Notes under the pieces: model-generated
Databases searched by the model: none
What the model was told of the DNA's origin: nothing
What the model saw: only the letters and a program-made list of their open reading frames with translations
Assembly: GCA_016186765.1 (NCBI GenBank)
Contig: JACPLD010000004.1
Span: 29,287 to 93,286, forward strand
Direction: 5' to 3'
Length of the DNA: 64,000 nucleotides
From: Candidatus Kaiserbacteria bacterium
Lineage (GTDB): Bacteria; Patescibacteriota; Minisyncoccia; Phycocordibacterales; UBA2100
Program-made: the position numbers and the translations under genes
Part shown: positions 37,728 through 47,593 of the stretch, piece by piece
How positions within the stretch are numbered: the first letter of the stretch is position 1
Layout: the number at the start of each line of letters is the position of its first letter

Positions 37728-38737
37728 AGCGAGATGTGGGTATTAGTAGCAGGCGCCGCGCGCAGAGACAAGCTCGCCGCGAGATCACGCACGACCTCGG
37801 AAAGTTTCTCCTCGAGCGTGTATTTCGGCGTCCAGCCCAATCCCCGAAGCTTCGCAGAGTCGACAGCATACTTGCGGTCGTGCGCGGGACGGTCTTCTAC
37901 GTAGGTGATCAGAGAGGCAGGTTTGCCGAGTGCTTCAAGAATGCGCAGCGCTAGTTCCTTGTTGGAATACTCCTTCTGCTGAGAAATGTTGTACACCTCG
38001 CCGAGAGTGCCCTTCGTGAGCACCGTGAGTATCGCTTCCGAGTGATCGTCAACATAGAGCCAATCGCGACGGTTCTCGCCATCGCCATAAAGCGGCAGAG
38101 GTTCATCCTGAAGCGCTCGTGCCGTAAAGAACGGAATGATCTTCTCCGGGAACTGACGCGGCCCGTAGTTGTTGACGGAATGCGTCACAATAACCGGAAG
38201 TTGGTGTGTTTTGACGTACGCGCGTACCAGAAGATCACCCGCCGCCTTCGAAGCGGCATAGGGCGAATTCGGAAGGAATGGCGATTCTTCGGTAAATCTT
38301 TCTTTCGAATCAAGCGGGATATCGCCCCACACCTCGTCAGTCGAAATGTAGACCATACGCCCCACGTTTGGAGTGTGCCGAAGCGCTTCGAGGAGGAAGT
38401 GGACGCCAAGCACGTTCGTGTGGACGAACGCCTCTGCCGAACTATGGATCGAGCGGTCCACGTGTGTTTCCGCCGCGAAATTGACGACCATATCAGCGTC
38501 TTTAAAGAGCTTGGCCGTCAAATCCGCATCTGCAATATCTCCTTTCACGAACGAATAACGGCTCGTATCAACTCCCGCAAGATTCTCGGGATTCCCTGCA
38601 TACGTGAGGAGATCGAGATTGACGATGCGAAGATCGGGAATGCGCGCGAGCGTGTACAGAATGAAATTGGAGCCCATAAAGCCCGCGCCACCGCACACGA
38701 GCACGCGTTTCCCTCCAAGGGCGTTGTAATCCAGCGT
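37724..38737 (-). CDS. rmlB: dTDP-glucose 4,6-dehydratase
   Basis: RVLVCGGAGFMGSN, FAAETHVDRS, YAASKAAGD. The extension to 38779 overlaps the palindromic motif and is probably not coding. Confidence 0.8.
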   Translation of the reverse strand, partial: TLDYNALGGKRVLVCGGAGFMGSNFILYTLARIPDLRIVNLDLLTYAGNPENLAGVDTSRYSFVKGDIADADLTAKLFKDADMVVNFAAETHVDRSIHSSAEAFVHTNVLGVHFLLEALRHTPNVGRMVYISTDEVWGDIPLDSKERFTEESPFLPNSPYAASKAAGDLLVRAYVKTHQLPVIVTHSVNNYGPRQFPEKIIPFFTARALQDEPLPLYGDGENRRDWLYVDDHSEAILTVLTKGTLGEVYNISQQKEYSNKELALRILEALGKPASLITYVEDRPAHDRKYAVDSAKLRGLGWTPKYTLEEKLSEVVRDLAASLSLRAAPATNTHISL

Positions 38738-38756
38738 CATACAGGTAGTATCGTCA

Positions 38757-38797
38757 CTATACCCCATGAGATGACGCAAGCTATCTCACGGGGTAAA
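38757..38797. promoter_or_regulatory. 38-bp palindromic motif copy 1 (TATACCCCATGAGATGACGCAAGCTATCTCACGGGGTAAAT) in the divergent rmlB / GT4 promoter region
   Basis: 37/38 identical to a copy at 51458-51500 and related to one at 57783-57817. Contains TGACGC-N16-TAAAT (-35/-10-like) immediately before ATG 38799. Confidence 0.55.
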
Positions 38798-38798
38798 T

Positions 38799-39923
38799 AT
38801 GAGAGATGGGCCCGTACCAATTGCCTATGTGACCTCGGTCCGCCTACCGACCGATCGCGCGCACGGCTATGCGATCATGAAAATGTGCGAGCAATTTGCT
38901 GCGCATGGTGCGCAGGTCGAGCTATACGTCCCTACGCGCCGCCACGGTATAAAAGAAGATCCTTTTATGTACTACGCTATCAAACCGACGTTCAGTATCC
39001 GCAAACTCTGGGCGACGGACCTCCTCGGAAAATTTGAGAATTCGCGCGCCGCTTTCGCGCTCGACCAGCTCACATTCCTCCTCTCGCTCTTGATGCATCG
39101 CTTCGGCAACACGATCGTCTACACGAGAGACTACCAGGTCGCGCTCTTCGCCCGCGCGAGGGAGATCGTGCTTGAAATACATAATATTCCGGAGCGCACT
39201 TTCCTCTTTTTTCGCGCGCTCTCACGCGCCTCAAAGCTCGTCGTCATTAGCAATGGTCTGAAGGATGCGCTTGTGCAAGGCGGCGTGCCTTCCGAGAAAA
39301 TAGTAGTAGCGCCTGATGCGGTGGATCTTGAAGAGTTCGACATCCAACCTTCTCGCGATATATGGCGCAACTATGGCGTTGATCCGAACAAGAAAATAGT
39401 GCTATATACGGGACACTTTTACGGGTGGAAAGGGGGAGAAACACTCGCGAATGCCGCAAAATATCTGCCCGATGGAGTTGAGACGGTGCTTATGGGCGGT
39501 GTTGATCGCGAGCTTGCAGAATTCAAAAAAACATACGCGAGCGATCGTGTGCACGTGATTGGTTACCAGCCGAGAGAAAACATGCCTTCGGTTACTATGA
39601 CGGCGGATGTTCTCGTGCTTCCCAACAGTGCAAAGCCAAAAATCTCTTCTCATTACACGTCTCCATTGAAACTCTTCCAATACATGGCGGCTGGCGTCTC
39701 CATCGTCGCCTCCGACCTCCCGAGCATCCGCGAAATTCTTACTGACGATACCGCGTTTTGGTTTGCGCCGGATGATGAGCGCGCGCTCGCGCGGCAAATC
39801 GAATACGTCCTCTCACACCCCGACGAAGCACGAGAAAAAGCAGAGCGAGCCGCCGACGCAATAAAACAGTACACCTGGACAAATCGAGCTCGCATGACAC
39901 TAAATCACATTCATCAACCATAA
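38799..39923 (+). CDS. Glycosyltransferase family 4
   Basis: PIAYVTSVRLPTDRAHGY...; C-terminal GT4 motifs (LYTGHFYGWKGGE..., MAAGVSIVASD). Confidence 0.75.
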   Translation: MRDGPVPIAYVTSVRLPTDRAHGYAIMKMCEQFAAHGAQVELYVPTRRHGIKEDPFMYYAIKPTFSIRKLWATDLLGKFENSRAAFALDQLTFLLSLLMHRFGNTIVYTRDYQVALFARAREIVLEIHNIPERTFLFFRALSRASKLVVISNGLKDALVQGGVPSEKIVVAPDAVDLEEFDIQPSRDIWRNYGVDPNKKIVLYTGHFYGWKGGETLANAAKYLPDGVETVLMGGVDRELAEFKKTYASDRVHVIGYQPRENMPSVTMTADVLVLPNSAKPKISSHYTSPLKLFQYMAAGVSIVASDLPSIREILTDDTAFWFAPDDERALARQIEYVLSHPDEAREKAERAADAIKQYTWTNRARMTLNHIHQP

Positions 39924-39935
39924 AATCATGAACTC

Positions 39936-40373
39936 TTGTATACTATGGGTATGGCGCGCTTGTCGATAAAAGGCATTCTGCTCGGTGCAGCAGCTTCGTT
40001 TGAAGCCATATACCTGTGGTTTCTGATTATCGCGATATATATTGTTTTGGCAAATTACGGCGAAGCTGTGACGCTGGAAGACCAAGTCGGTACGAAGGCT
40101 TTACTTCTCTCGCTCGCGAACTCGCCTACTTTAACTTTGATTAACTATGCAATCGGCATTTGTGCATTGATGGGTGGCGGATATCTGGCGGCGAGAATCG
40201 TAGAGCATGACAAATTACTAAACGCTACGGTTGCTATCGTTATTGGTTTGGGAATGATACTCGGGACAATCCGCTATGCACCTTTTCTAGGTATTCTTTT
40301 ATCTATCCTTATTATTCCTGTTGGAGGCCTTGTCGTCGGCTATATGTTTCTGTTTCGACGAAATAATAACTAG
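39936..40373 (+). CDS. Small integral membrane protein (4 TM), unknown function
   Basis: Hydrophobic segments throughout; no known domain. Confidence 0.45.
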   Translation: MYTMGMARLSIKGILLGAAASFEAIYLWFLIIAIYIVLANYGEAVTLEDQVGTKALLLSLANSPTLTLINYAIGICALMGGGYLAARIVEHDKLLNATVAIVIGLGMILGTIRYAPFLGILLSILIIPVGGLVVGYMFLFRRNNN

Positions 40374-40417
40374 AGACTATCCCGGAGAGTGGAAGAAATG
40401 TGTGCGCTGATCCGAAC

Positions 40418-41959
40418 TCAATTGAGTTTAAAGACGTGCAGTTTTGTTATCGGCTCTTCGTAGACTAGCTCGAGCTGTGAGAATGGATCGTCGATGCCCA
40501 AAAAGCTCTTGTAGCGATACCGTAGGTATAGGTCGTAGTCAGCAAGGTACTCGATGCCTTCATCCTGCATATATCCCCAAACATCTTTGCGCTGCAGAGC
40601 GGCGAGTGCCTCGTTGTTGACGAGCCCATCAAGATTCACCACACGATGCGTTGAGAAATAGCCTTGGATACCGGAATTGAACGCCCCGAGCAGAGCATCT
40701 GCCGGAAGATTATCGTTCATCCATTGCGTCGTCTCGAGCATCTGCCGCTGCGGCGCCGCGACATCCTGCAAGTTTTTGCTCCAGCCTACATAAAAGAGAA
40801 AGAGCGAGAACAGAATAAGAGGAACCGCAATGAACCGGTGCATGTAGCCTTCCTCCCGCAGCTTCTCCAAAAACCACCCGAGCCATATCGCAATGAGAAG
40901 GTTTATCGCGATGAAGTACCACGGGCGCGCAGTCCAGCGGATCGATGCATTCGCGACAAAATTGAGTACGAAGCCCGAGGCAATAAAAAGTTCCACCGGT
41001 ATCTCACTTGGCAGTCGCGGGAGCATTGCCCTCCCCTTCCCGAAAAGGAACCACGCGATGCAGAGACCGGCGAGTATGAACAAGACAACGGGGATGCCAG
41101 TAAATGGCGCCACGGCGCGCGCTTCCCTATCGGTCATATACACGGCAGCCTTCAAGGTCTGGAGAGAGCTCGGTCCGTGATCCTGCACGATGAGCTCATG
41201 GTTCACCATCGTGCTTGCTAAGGAGGACGACGTCACGACCGTCCCGAAACTCACCGCGTTCCACAAAAGCCACGGCGCAACCACGAGCGTTGCCGCGATG
41301 CCGGAAATAAGCACGGGGCGAAGTGCATTTCGGAAACCGTGCCGATATACAAGATATGCGAGATAGCCGAGAAAATAAAAAACAGTGTCGAGGCGGGAGA
41401 GCATCATGAGACCGCCGACGATCCCCGCTTCGATGAAGCGGCGCGTACTCGGCAGCTCGGCAACCCGAATGGCAGCGAGGAAGAGCAGTGCTATGAAAAA
41501 TACGGAGAGGGGCGTCTCAAGCCCGTTTAGCATCTGATAGAGCAGGAAAGGATTAAAAAACCAGAAACCGAGGACCCCCGCCTTCACCCATGCACTCTTC
41601 GTGTACCGCTTGATGATCGCGAGAAGCACGAAGCCCGTCGCCACATGGAGGAGCGCCGAGAGCGCAAGCACTCCCTGTATCGGCGCGATATCGAAGGTAC
41701 TCCCATTCGAGAACGCATAGAAGAACGGAAGGATGGCGATAAGCCAAAGAGGATGATAGCCGTTCGTCGGGTTCACGCCGTCTGCGCTGGAGCCGAGCCC
41801 CTGCGTGATATTTCGCGCAATGTCGAAGTAGTAAAAAGAGTCATCGGAGAGGAGGTTAGTGAGCGCGAAATCAAACGGCAGGAACGCGAGGGAAAGTGAG
41901 AGAGCGAATCCGAGCGCGAGCACGACGAGCGCAGGCCAGTTGGCTCTAAGGAAGGTCAT
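40418..41959 (-). CDS. Polytopic membrane protein, probable GT-C glycosyltransferase
   Basis: About 12 TM helices; N-terminal loop DDSFYYFDIARN...NGYHPLW resembles GT-C (GT39/83/ArnT-like) aspartate loop motifs. Confidence 0.55.
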   Translation of the reverse strand: MTFLRANWPALVVLALGFALSLSLAFLPFDFALTNLLSDDSFYYFDIARNITQGLGSSADGVNPTNGYHPLWLIAILPFFYAFSNGSTFDIAPIQGVLALSALLHVATGFVLLAIIKRYTKSAWVKAGVLGFWFFNPFLLYQMLNGLETPLSVFFIALLFLAAIRVAELPSTRRFIEAGIVGGLMMLSRLDTVFYFLGYLAYLVYRHGFRNALRPVLISGIAATLVVAPWLLWNAVSFGTVVTSSSLASTMVNHELIVQDHGPSSLQTLKAAVYMTDREARAVAPFTGIPVVLFILAGLCIAWFLFGKGRAMLPRLPSEIPVELFIASGFVLNFVANASIRWTARPWYFIAINLLIAIWLGWFLEKLREEGYMHRFIAVPLILFSLFLFYVGWSKNLQDVAAPQRQMLETTQWMNDNLPADALLGAFNSGIQGYFSTHRVVNLDGLVNNEALAALQRKDVWGYMQDEGIEYLADYDLYLRYRYKSFLGIDDPFSQLELVYEEPITKLHVFKLN

Positions 41960-41962
41960 ACG

Positions 41963-42982
41963 TTATCTGATAGCCTCGACAAGGCGCCGTCCGAGCGCTT
42001 CAAGACTATGCTCTTTTGAGAGCTCCGCAAGTCTTTTGCGTATTGCCTGTCGTTCGCTCTCCGCAGCGGATAAAAGTGAGCCGATCTTTTCTGCGAGTTC
42101 GGAGGGCTCGCCGGAAAAACCGAATCTCTCCCCCGCAAGCTCTTGGAAATCCCTGCTCGACGCGACCACGAGCGCGCCGCTAGTAGCTGCTTCGAAGATC
42201 GTCTTGTCGTACATGCCGCTTCTACTGCAGTTCACGAAGATCTCGTGAGCACTGTAGAGCTCGGGAGTCTTCGCATTGGGCACGCCCGCATGAAAGCGAA
42301 TATCGAGATGTAGCTCTTTGGTCCGCTTGGCGAGGAGTTTTTTGTATCCAGCATCTTCTAGCAGCGGATCGCCATAAATATCCGCATCAACGCGCACGTC
42401 TTTTTCTTTGAGAATACCGAGTGCCTCGAGGAGAACCTCGACGTGCTTCGAGGGTGCGATGCGCCCGAGGGAGAGGATAGAGCGTGGCTTCCGCAGGACG
42501 GGAAGCGGCTTGAACACGCTTGTGTCAATGCCGACCGGCATCAGCACGGTTTTACGATACTTCGCCGTGTACGAGTACTTCGATGTGCAGAACACCTTGC
42601 GGCACCAGAACGCTGCGATGTCCGTCAATAATCCACCTGCATAGTGATTGCGCCAGAGATAAACGGGTTTGCCCAAGAGCCACCAGAGTTTGCCGCCAAG
42701 GAGCACGTATTCTTGGTTCATGTGCACCAAGACCGCATCGTAGTCGTTGCGCATCGTCCAGATGTAGCCATAAAAGCGTGTGACATATTTCAATCTCGAC
42801 GCACCTGATTCCTTGCCAAGAGAGAACACCTTCACGCTGTGCGGAAGCTCGTGTTTCCCCTCCTTAAGGCAGATAACAGTGATGCGCTCGAAGTACTTCG
42901 AGAATTCACGGAGCCATCCGTGAAAAAAGCCGAGCACCGGATCATTCTTGTCGACCGTCTGCGTCACGATGAGGAGACGCAT
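41963..42982 (-). CDS. Glycosyltransferase family 4
   Basis: GT-B fold; EX7E-like region ...IFEAATSGALVVASSR. Confidence 0.7.
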   Translation of the reverse strand: MRLLIVTQTVDKNDPVLGFFHGWLREFSKYFERITVICLKEGKHELPHSVKVFSLGKESGASRLKYVTRFYGYIWTMRNDYDAVLVHMNQEYVLLGGKLWWLLGKPVYLWRNHYAGGLLTDIAAFWCRKVFCTSKYSYTAKYRKTVLMPVGIDTSVFKPLPVLRKPRSILSLGRIAPSKHVEVLLEALGILKEKDVRVDADIYGDPLLEDAGYKKLLAKRTKELHLDIRFHAGVPNAKTPELYSAHEIFVNCSRSGMYDKTIFEAATSGALVVASSRDFQELAGERFGFSGEPSELAEKIGSLLSAAESERQAIRKRLAELSKEHSLEALGRRLVEAIR

Positions 42983-42991
42983 GGTGATGCG

Positions 42992-43870
42992 TTATCGGCG
43001 AGCCTTCTTCGCTCGCTGTATCATGTTCGCACCGTAGACACCCTCCAGGAGGTCGAGGTCTTTTCGGGAGGCCGCGAGTAAACTTATATTTTTGAGCTGT
43101 GCCGCCTCGAGAAGCGCAGAGCCAGCTTTTTCACGAACCGTTTCCTCATAATGCCTCGCGAATGCGGCCATGTCTTTGATGAAACAAAAGCCGCCAGCGC
43201 CGCGCCCACCTTTGTGGACAGGATTCGCGTAGCGGTTGCAGATGAGAGGGTCGCTTTCGATAGCCCGCTGTATCGGCCCCCAATCGGCCTTAAAATGTTC
43301 CGCGAGGTCGTACACGAGGTTAAACGTGAGTATCTGCATGTAGCCGCTGATGTTGTGCGCATACTTGATGAGCTCCGCTTCTTCGCTCGTGCACATAATA
43401 TTCTCCGGCGCTTTTTTTAGCATTCCGAGCACAAGCTTCGCTGCCTTTTTGTGCTTCGCGGAGTTTGATGGAATGCCGACCACGTTCAAGAACGGATTTG
43501 CGACATCGTAGGCGGCTGTCGCAACAGAAAGAAATTCCGGACAGAACATGAGCGCGATGCCTGGGTGCTTCTTTTGGAGTTTGCGCGTCATCCCCGGAAC
43601 GATGGTCGATTTAATAACGGCGACCTTCCCTTTTCCGACCAGAGAGAGTGCAGTGTCGACGATGCGCACGTCGAAGCCTTTGGGTGTCGAGGGAGTCGGC
43701 ACCGCAACAAAGACAACATCGCAGTCTTTGATGAGATCTTTGTTGGCAATGTGGGGCTCCTCAAGTGAGTATCGTATGACTGAATATCCCCTATTTTCAA
43801 AGTCATCAGCGTAGTTCTTGCCTACGTACCCTTGGCCGACAAAGCCGATGAGAGGTTCCTTGGCGCCCAT
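42992..43870 (-). CDS. UDP-glucose/GDP-mannose dehydrogenase family protein (short form, C-terminal domain truncated)
   Basis: GFVGQGYVGK NAD-binding motif; PEFL central domain; GGFCFIKD catalytic-Cys region. Only ~50 aa follow, against ~130 in canonical UGDH. Confidence 0.55.
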   Translation of the reverse strand: MGAKEPLIGFVGQGYVGKNYADDFENRGYSVIRYSLEEPHIANKDLIKDCDVVFVAVPTPSTPKGFDVRIVDTALSLVGKGKVAVIKSTIVPGMTRKLQKKHPGIALMFCPEFLSVATAAYDVANPFLNVVGIPSNSAKHKKAAKLVLGMLKKAPENIMCTSEEAELIKYAHNISGYMQILTFNLVYDLAEHFKADWGPIQRAIESDPLICNRYANPVHKGGRGAGGFCFIKDMAAFARHYEETVREKAGSALLEAAQLKNISLLAASRKDLDLLEGVYGANMIQRAKKARR

Positions 43871-43894
43871 AGAAGGGCGTCATTATTCACTTTT

Positions 43895-44968
43895 TCAGTG
43901 CTTTACGCAAGCGGCGATGTCATCGCAATACAGCCGGACGTAGTCGTCGAAGCTCTTGTATGGATAGTTCTTGAGCTCTCCCGTTCGCGGACCGCGCTCG
44001 AACCATTCCGCGAGCGCATCGGCAAACTTCTCTTCCGTCGTCACGATCGCGCCCGCTTCGCGTGCAATACCAACATCAGTCGAAAGCACCGGCTTTCCCG
44101 CCGCAAGCGCCTCAACGATGACGAGACCGTATCCCTCGTACTTCGACGGCACAAGAACGAGATCAGCGAGCTTGTAGTACGATGCCACTTCCGCGTCAGC
44201 GTCAAAAAAGACGCGCTCGTCAACATCCAAGCTTTTTGCAAAATGCTGCAATGATTGCCTCTCGCTGCCGGTGCCAATGATAATGAGGCATACATCTGAA
44301 GGTGCTGATTGTGCGAACGCTCGTATCGCGAGGCCAACATTCTTTTCTGGTTCGAGGCGCGAAACGACAAGGAGTTTGGTTTTGTACGCAGCGAACCGCC
44401 CGAGCAGTTTTTCGTCTGGAGAAGCTCTATTTATCCGCTCTACATCGGGAAAAATCGGTAATACGGTGATCGGGGCCCTCAAATGATACTTTTTTTCGAT
44501 GGAGCTTTTGACCCGCTCCGAAACTACACGGATACGGGAAGCTCGACGAAGAACAAATCCCGCAATCCATACACGAATTTGATTCAAGAATGAATGTCGC
44601 GCGTATTGCACCGAAAGAAAATCCGTATGCACTTGAATGTGCAAAGGAACATTCTGCATCCTCGCGATGAGCCATGCGACGAGGCCTGTCTCAAACGGAT
44701 CCTGCGCGGAAACGACATTGGGTTCGGGAAGTCTCCACGCAATACGAAGTGCGTCTAATCCGTATAACAATCTCGATGCCGAATTCGTGGGATACATGCG
44801 CAGCGGACCGTCATCGAATAACTTTGCGTTATCGCTTTTGAGAGAAAACCCAATGACGTCGAGACTTCCAAACTGCTTCGCATATGCCTCCTGCCGTTTG
44901 AATGCATCGGTCCCCGGATGGAGAACTCCCCGCTTTGACCTGTCAACACTGATTGTTAGGACACGCAT
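43895..44968 (-). CDS. Glycosyltransferase family 4
   Basis: GT-B fold; ...VSRLEPEKN...EGYGLVIVEALAAGKPVLSTDVG. Confidence 0.75.
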   Translation of the reverse strand: MRVLTISVDRSKRGVLHPGTDAFKRQEAYAKQFGSLDVIGFSLKSDNAKLFDDGPLRMYPTNSASRLLYGLDALRIAWRLPEPNVVSAQDPFETGLVAWLIARMQNVPLHIQVHTDFLSVQYARHSFLNQIRVWIAGFVLRRASRIRVVSERVKSSIEKKYHLRAPITVLPIFPDVERINRASPDEKLLGRFAAYKTKLLVVSRLEPEKNVGLAIRAFAQSAPSDVCLIIIGTGSERQSLQHFAKSLDVDERVFFDADAEVASYYKLADLVLVPSKYEGYGLVIVEALAAGKPVLSTDVGIAREAGAIVTTEEKFADALAEWFERGPRTGELKNYPYKSFDDYVRLYCDDIAACVKH

Positions 44969-46032
44969 GATTTCAAAAGCGAGGCGGTCGCCTCAACGGT
45001 TTTTTCGATCGAAAAATCCTTCGCTCGTTCGGACGCAGCGGCACCAAGTTGTCTGCGCAGTTCCTGCTCCGACAACGCGCGCGTAAGAGCGCTTTCTAGA
45101 GCCATTTTATCGCCGACCTCGATAAGGATTCCGTTCACGCCATCCTTCACGACTTCCGGATTCCCTCCCGCCTTTGTTGCCACGACAGTAGTGCCGACAG
45201 ACATCGCTTCGACGAGTGTGTGGGAGAGACCTTCGTAGCGCGAATTGAGCGCAAAGACGGCCGCACGCGCGAAAACATCACGAGCCTCCGCGTGAGACAC
45301 GCGTCCGCGAAGCGTTACCCGTTCCTCGCTTCCCGCTTTTTGTATTCGCTCCTTGAGTTCCTGATGCAGAGGGCCGTCTCCGAGAATCTCAAGATTCCAT
45401 TCAGGATGAGCGCTGACGACGTCGATGAGCTCGTCGAACCCTTTCCACGGGACAAGCCGGCCGGAGGAGACGATGAGACTTGCTTGTCTCGCCGTTGGCA
45501 GCGTCTCGGAAAGTTCGATGCCGTTATACACGACATCAATTCTTCTAATGCGCGGCGACCATTGCGAAATTATTCTGGCGAGATAGTGGCTTGGCGCTAT
45601 GACGCGATACGCGCGCGTCACTACGAAGCGCTGGATCGCTCGCAGAGTCCCGACGCGCAATCCGTAGGCACGCTTCTGAAAATCATCGAGTGAGTCTTTA
45701 ACGCCAAATCGCTGCACACCTTGCTCCCACGCGTAATCGCCCGGTACCCGAACAATAAACTTCTTTCTTGCGAGCCCAGATATGACGGCTACAGGAAATC
45801 CCGTTGAGACAGTGTCCTGCACGAGTACGAGATCCGCGCTGTGTATGCGCTGCGCCAAGAGCCACGCGTACGCAACATGTCGGATGATCAGCGGCATATG
45901 CCGCACCATGCTAAATGGAAGCACCGAGACTTCAACGCCATAGCGCGGCAGCCGTTCCTCAAATAATTTCGCATACGTTGCCGGCCCGCCGATTTCTGGA
46001 GGATAAAGACCCGTCGCGATGAGAAGACGCAT
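44956..46032 (-). CDS. Glycosyltransferase family 4
   Basis: MRLLIATGLYPPEIGGPATY...; C-terminal EGLSHTLVEAMSVGTTVVATKAGG. Confidence 0.75.
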   Translation of the reverse strand: MRLLIATGLYPPEIGGPATYAKLFEERLPRYGVEVSVLPFSMVRHMPLIIRHVAYAWLLAQRIHSADLVLVQDTVSTGFPVAVISGLARKKFIVRVPGDYAWEQGVQRFGVKDSLDDFQKRAYGLRVGTLRAIQRFVVTRAYRVIAPSHYLARIISQWSPRIRRIDVVYNGIELSETLPTARQASLIVSSGRLVPWKGFDELIDVVSAHPEWNLEILGDGPLHQELKERIQKAGSEERVTLRGRVSHAEARDVFARAAVFALNSRYEGLSHTLVEAMSVGTTVVATKAGGNPEVVKDGVNGILIEVGDKMALESALTRALSEQELRRQLGAAASERAKDFSIEKTVEATASLLKSCVS

Positions 46033-46040
46033 GCGAAGCA

Positions 46041-46108
46041 GTGTACAGTGAACAGTTTACAGTGAACAGTTATGTATTGAGATGGGGCGCTCCGCGCCCC
46101 ACCTTTTC
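46041..46108 (+). promoter_or_regulatory. Four iterated 7-bp repeats ACAGT(G/T)N (two tandem 14-mers TACAGTGAACAGTT) followed by a GC hairpin GGGGCGC-tcc-GCGCCCC and TTTT
   Basis: Lies in the 340-bp gap between GT4 genes. The hairpin has a T-tract only on the plus strand. Confidence 0.45.
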
Positions 46109-46372
46109 GATCGCCTAGCGCGTACCGAAACGCGCCGTAATGACGTGGCAGCCATCCACATGGGCGTTGTCACGCACCTCAACCTTCTGGATCGCCCGCG
46201 ATGCAGGCGAGGACCAGAACAGAAGAGACGCGTTCCACCACGCCGTCAGGAGGTCCCAATTGGCAGCGTTCAGCCGCCGCGAGGCTTCCAGAAGTTGTTC
46301 CATTGCGCTCTCCTCTTGGTTAGCCGTTGAAACTATGTACACAAGACACCAACTTATCACTTCCGTCAAGCT

Positions 46373-47593
46373 TCACCCTGCTAATAACTTTTCAAATACC
46401 CTATCTCTCATCTCACGTGCGATAAGGTCCCAATCATATTTTTCTTCGGCAAGCATTCGGGCGTTTTTTACGATGCGCGCTGTCAACATGGGATCATCCA
46501 TGTAGCGCTTTATGGCTCTCGCGATAGATTTGGGATCGCGGACATTGCAGAAAAGACCCGTCGGCTCCATGTCGCGATTTCGTTCGGGATCGAAGAGAAA
46601 ATCCGGGATGCCGCCTACGGGTGTCGCGACTACCGGAATGCCTGCTGCGAATGCCTCGACGAACGCACTTCCCATTCCCTCGATGAGCGAGGGACGCACG
46701 AATATGTCGGAGATTTTCAGGTACTTCGGGATCTCAGTGTGCTCAACGTGTCCCACAAAAATGACTCTGCCCATGACACCTGACTTCTTCGCTATCACTT
46801 CCAGTTTTGCGCGATCTTCTCCGTCGCCCGCGATGAGAAATTTCACGTTCTGCGGGAGATGCGGAAGGGCTCGAATAACGTCTTCGACTCCGCGCGATAG
46901 TACGAGACGGGATGCCGTAAAGAGAAACACATCTCCCATCTTTTTCCCGAGTCGTGTTTTTAGCTCTGCGGCTTCATCATCGGGAAGTGGCTCTGAAAAT
47001 TTCGTGACATTCACGGCATTCGGGATTACCTCGATACGCCCGTGAAAGCCGACCTCGCGCGCGAGATCCTTGATGAAATTTGAGATTGCCTTTATCACAT
47101 CCGCTTTCCGATATATCGCCCTATAGAGGGGCCAAAGCAGTAGCGCGATCGGCCGCCTGGTCCTGATGCGCTCAAGCGGCGTTCCATCTTGGAGTTCCAA
47201 GAAATACGGAATACGTGGATGGAGCAGTTTGAAAAAGAGGGCGCCGAATCCTGCCTGATTCGCCATCATCGCCCAGATCATGTCGTACCGATTCTTTCGA
47301 TGCAGTGAGAGCGCTTTGAAAAAAGATGTGAACGGGAAAACCAATTTCGCGAAACGACAAGACAGCGGCAGTGCGCGATCGGAAACTTTGACGTTCGTTG
47401 CCGTGAATCCAATTCGGTGCACCGTAACATTGCCGATGCGCTCCAATGCAGGAAGTTTCTTGTCGAAGCGGAGCGTAATCAAGTCGAAGGTGTATTCGTT
47501 CGGATCCAGCCGATCGGTAATCTCTTGTATCGCCAACTCCGCCCCGCCGACGTACGGTATGTAGGCGAGCGAAAAAATCAAGACTTTTTTCAT
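46373..47593 (-). CDS. Glycosyltransferase family 4
   Basis: MKKVLIFSLAYIPYVGGAE...; EGMGSAFVEAFAAGIPVVATPVGG. Confidence 0.8.
   Translation of the reverse strand: MKKVLIFSLAYIPYVGGAELAIQEITDRLDPNEYTFDLITLRFDKKLPALERIGNVTVHRIGFTATNVKVSDRALPLSCRFAKLVFPFTSFFKALSLHRKNRYDMIWAMMANQAGFGALFFKLLHPRIPYFLELQDGTPLERIRTRRPIALLLWPLYRAIYRKADVIKAISNFIKDLAREVGFHGRIEVIPNAVNVTKFSEPLPDDEAAELKTRLGKKMGDVFLFTASRLVLSRGVEDVIRALPHLPQNVKFLIAGDGEDRAKLEVIAKKSGVMGRVIFVGHVEHTEIPKYLKISDIFVRPSLIEGMGSAFVEAFAAGIPVVATPVGGIPDFLFDPERNRDMEPTGLFCNVRDPKSIARAIKRYMDDPMLTARIVKNARMLAEEKYDWDLIAREMRDRVFEKLLAG

Noticed and set aside
46044-46071. Tandem 14-bp direct repeats considered as a possible CRISPR array
   Set aside because: There are only two adjacent copies with no spacers and no cas genes. 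They are better explained as a short iteron or regulatory repeat.
46115-46505. Overlapping small ORFs 46115..46369 (-) and 46140..46505 (+) in the intergenic gap
   Set aside because: They overlap each other on opposite strands and have no features of real proteins. The region more likely holds regulatory DNA (the heptamer repeats and hairpin).
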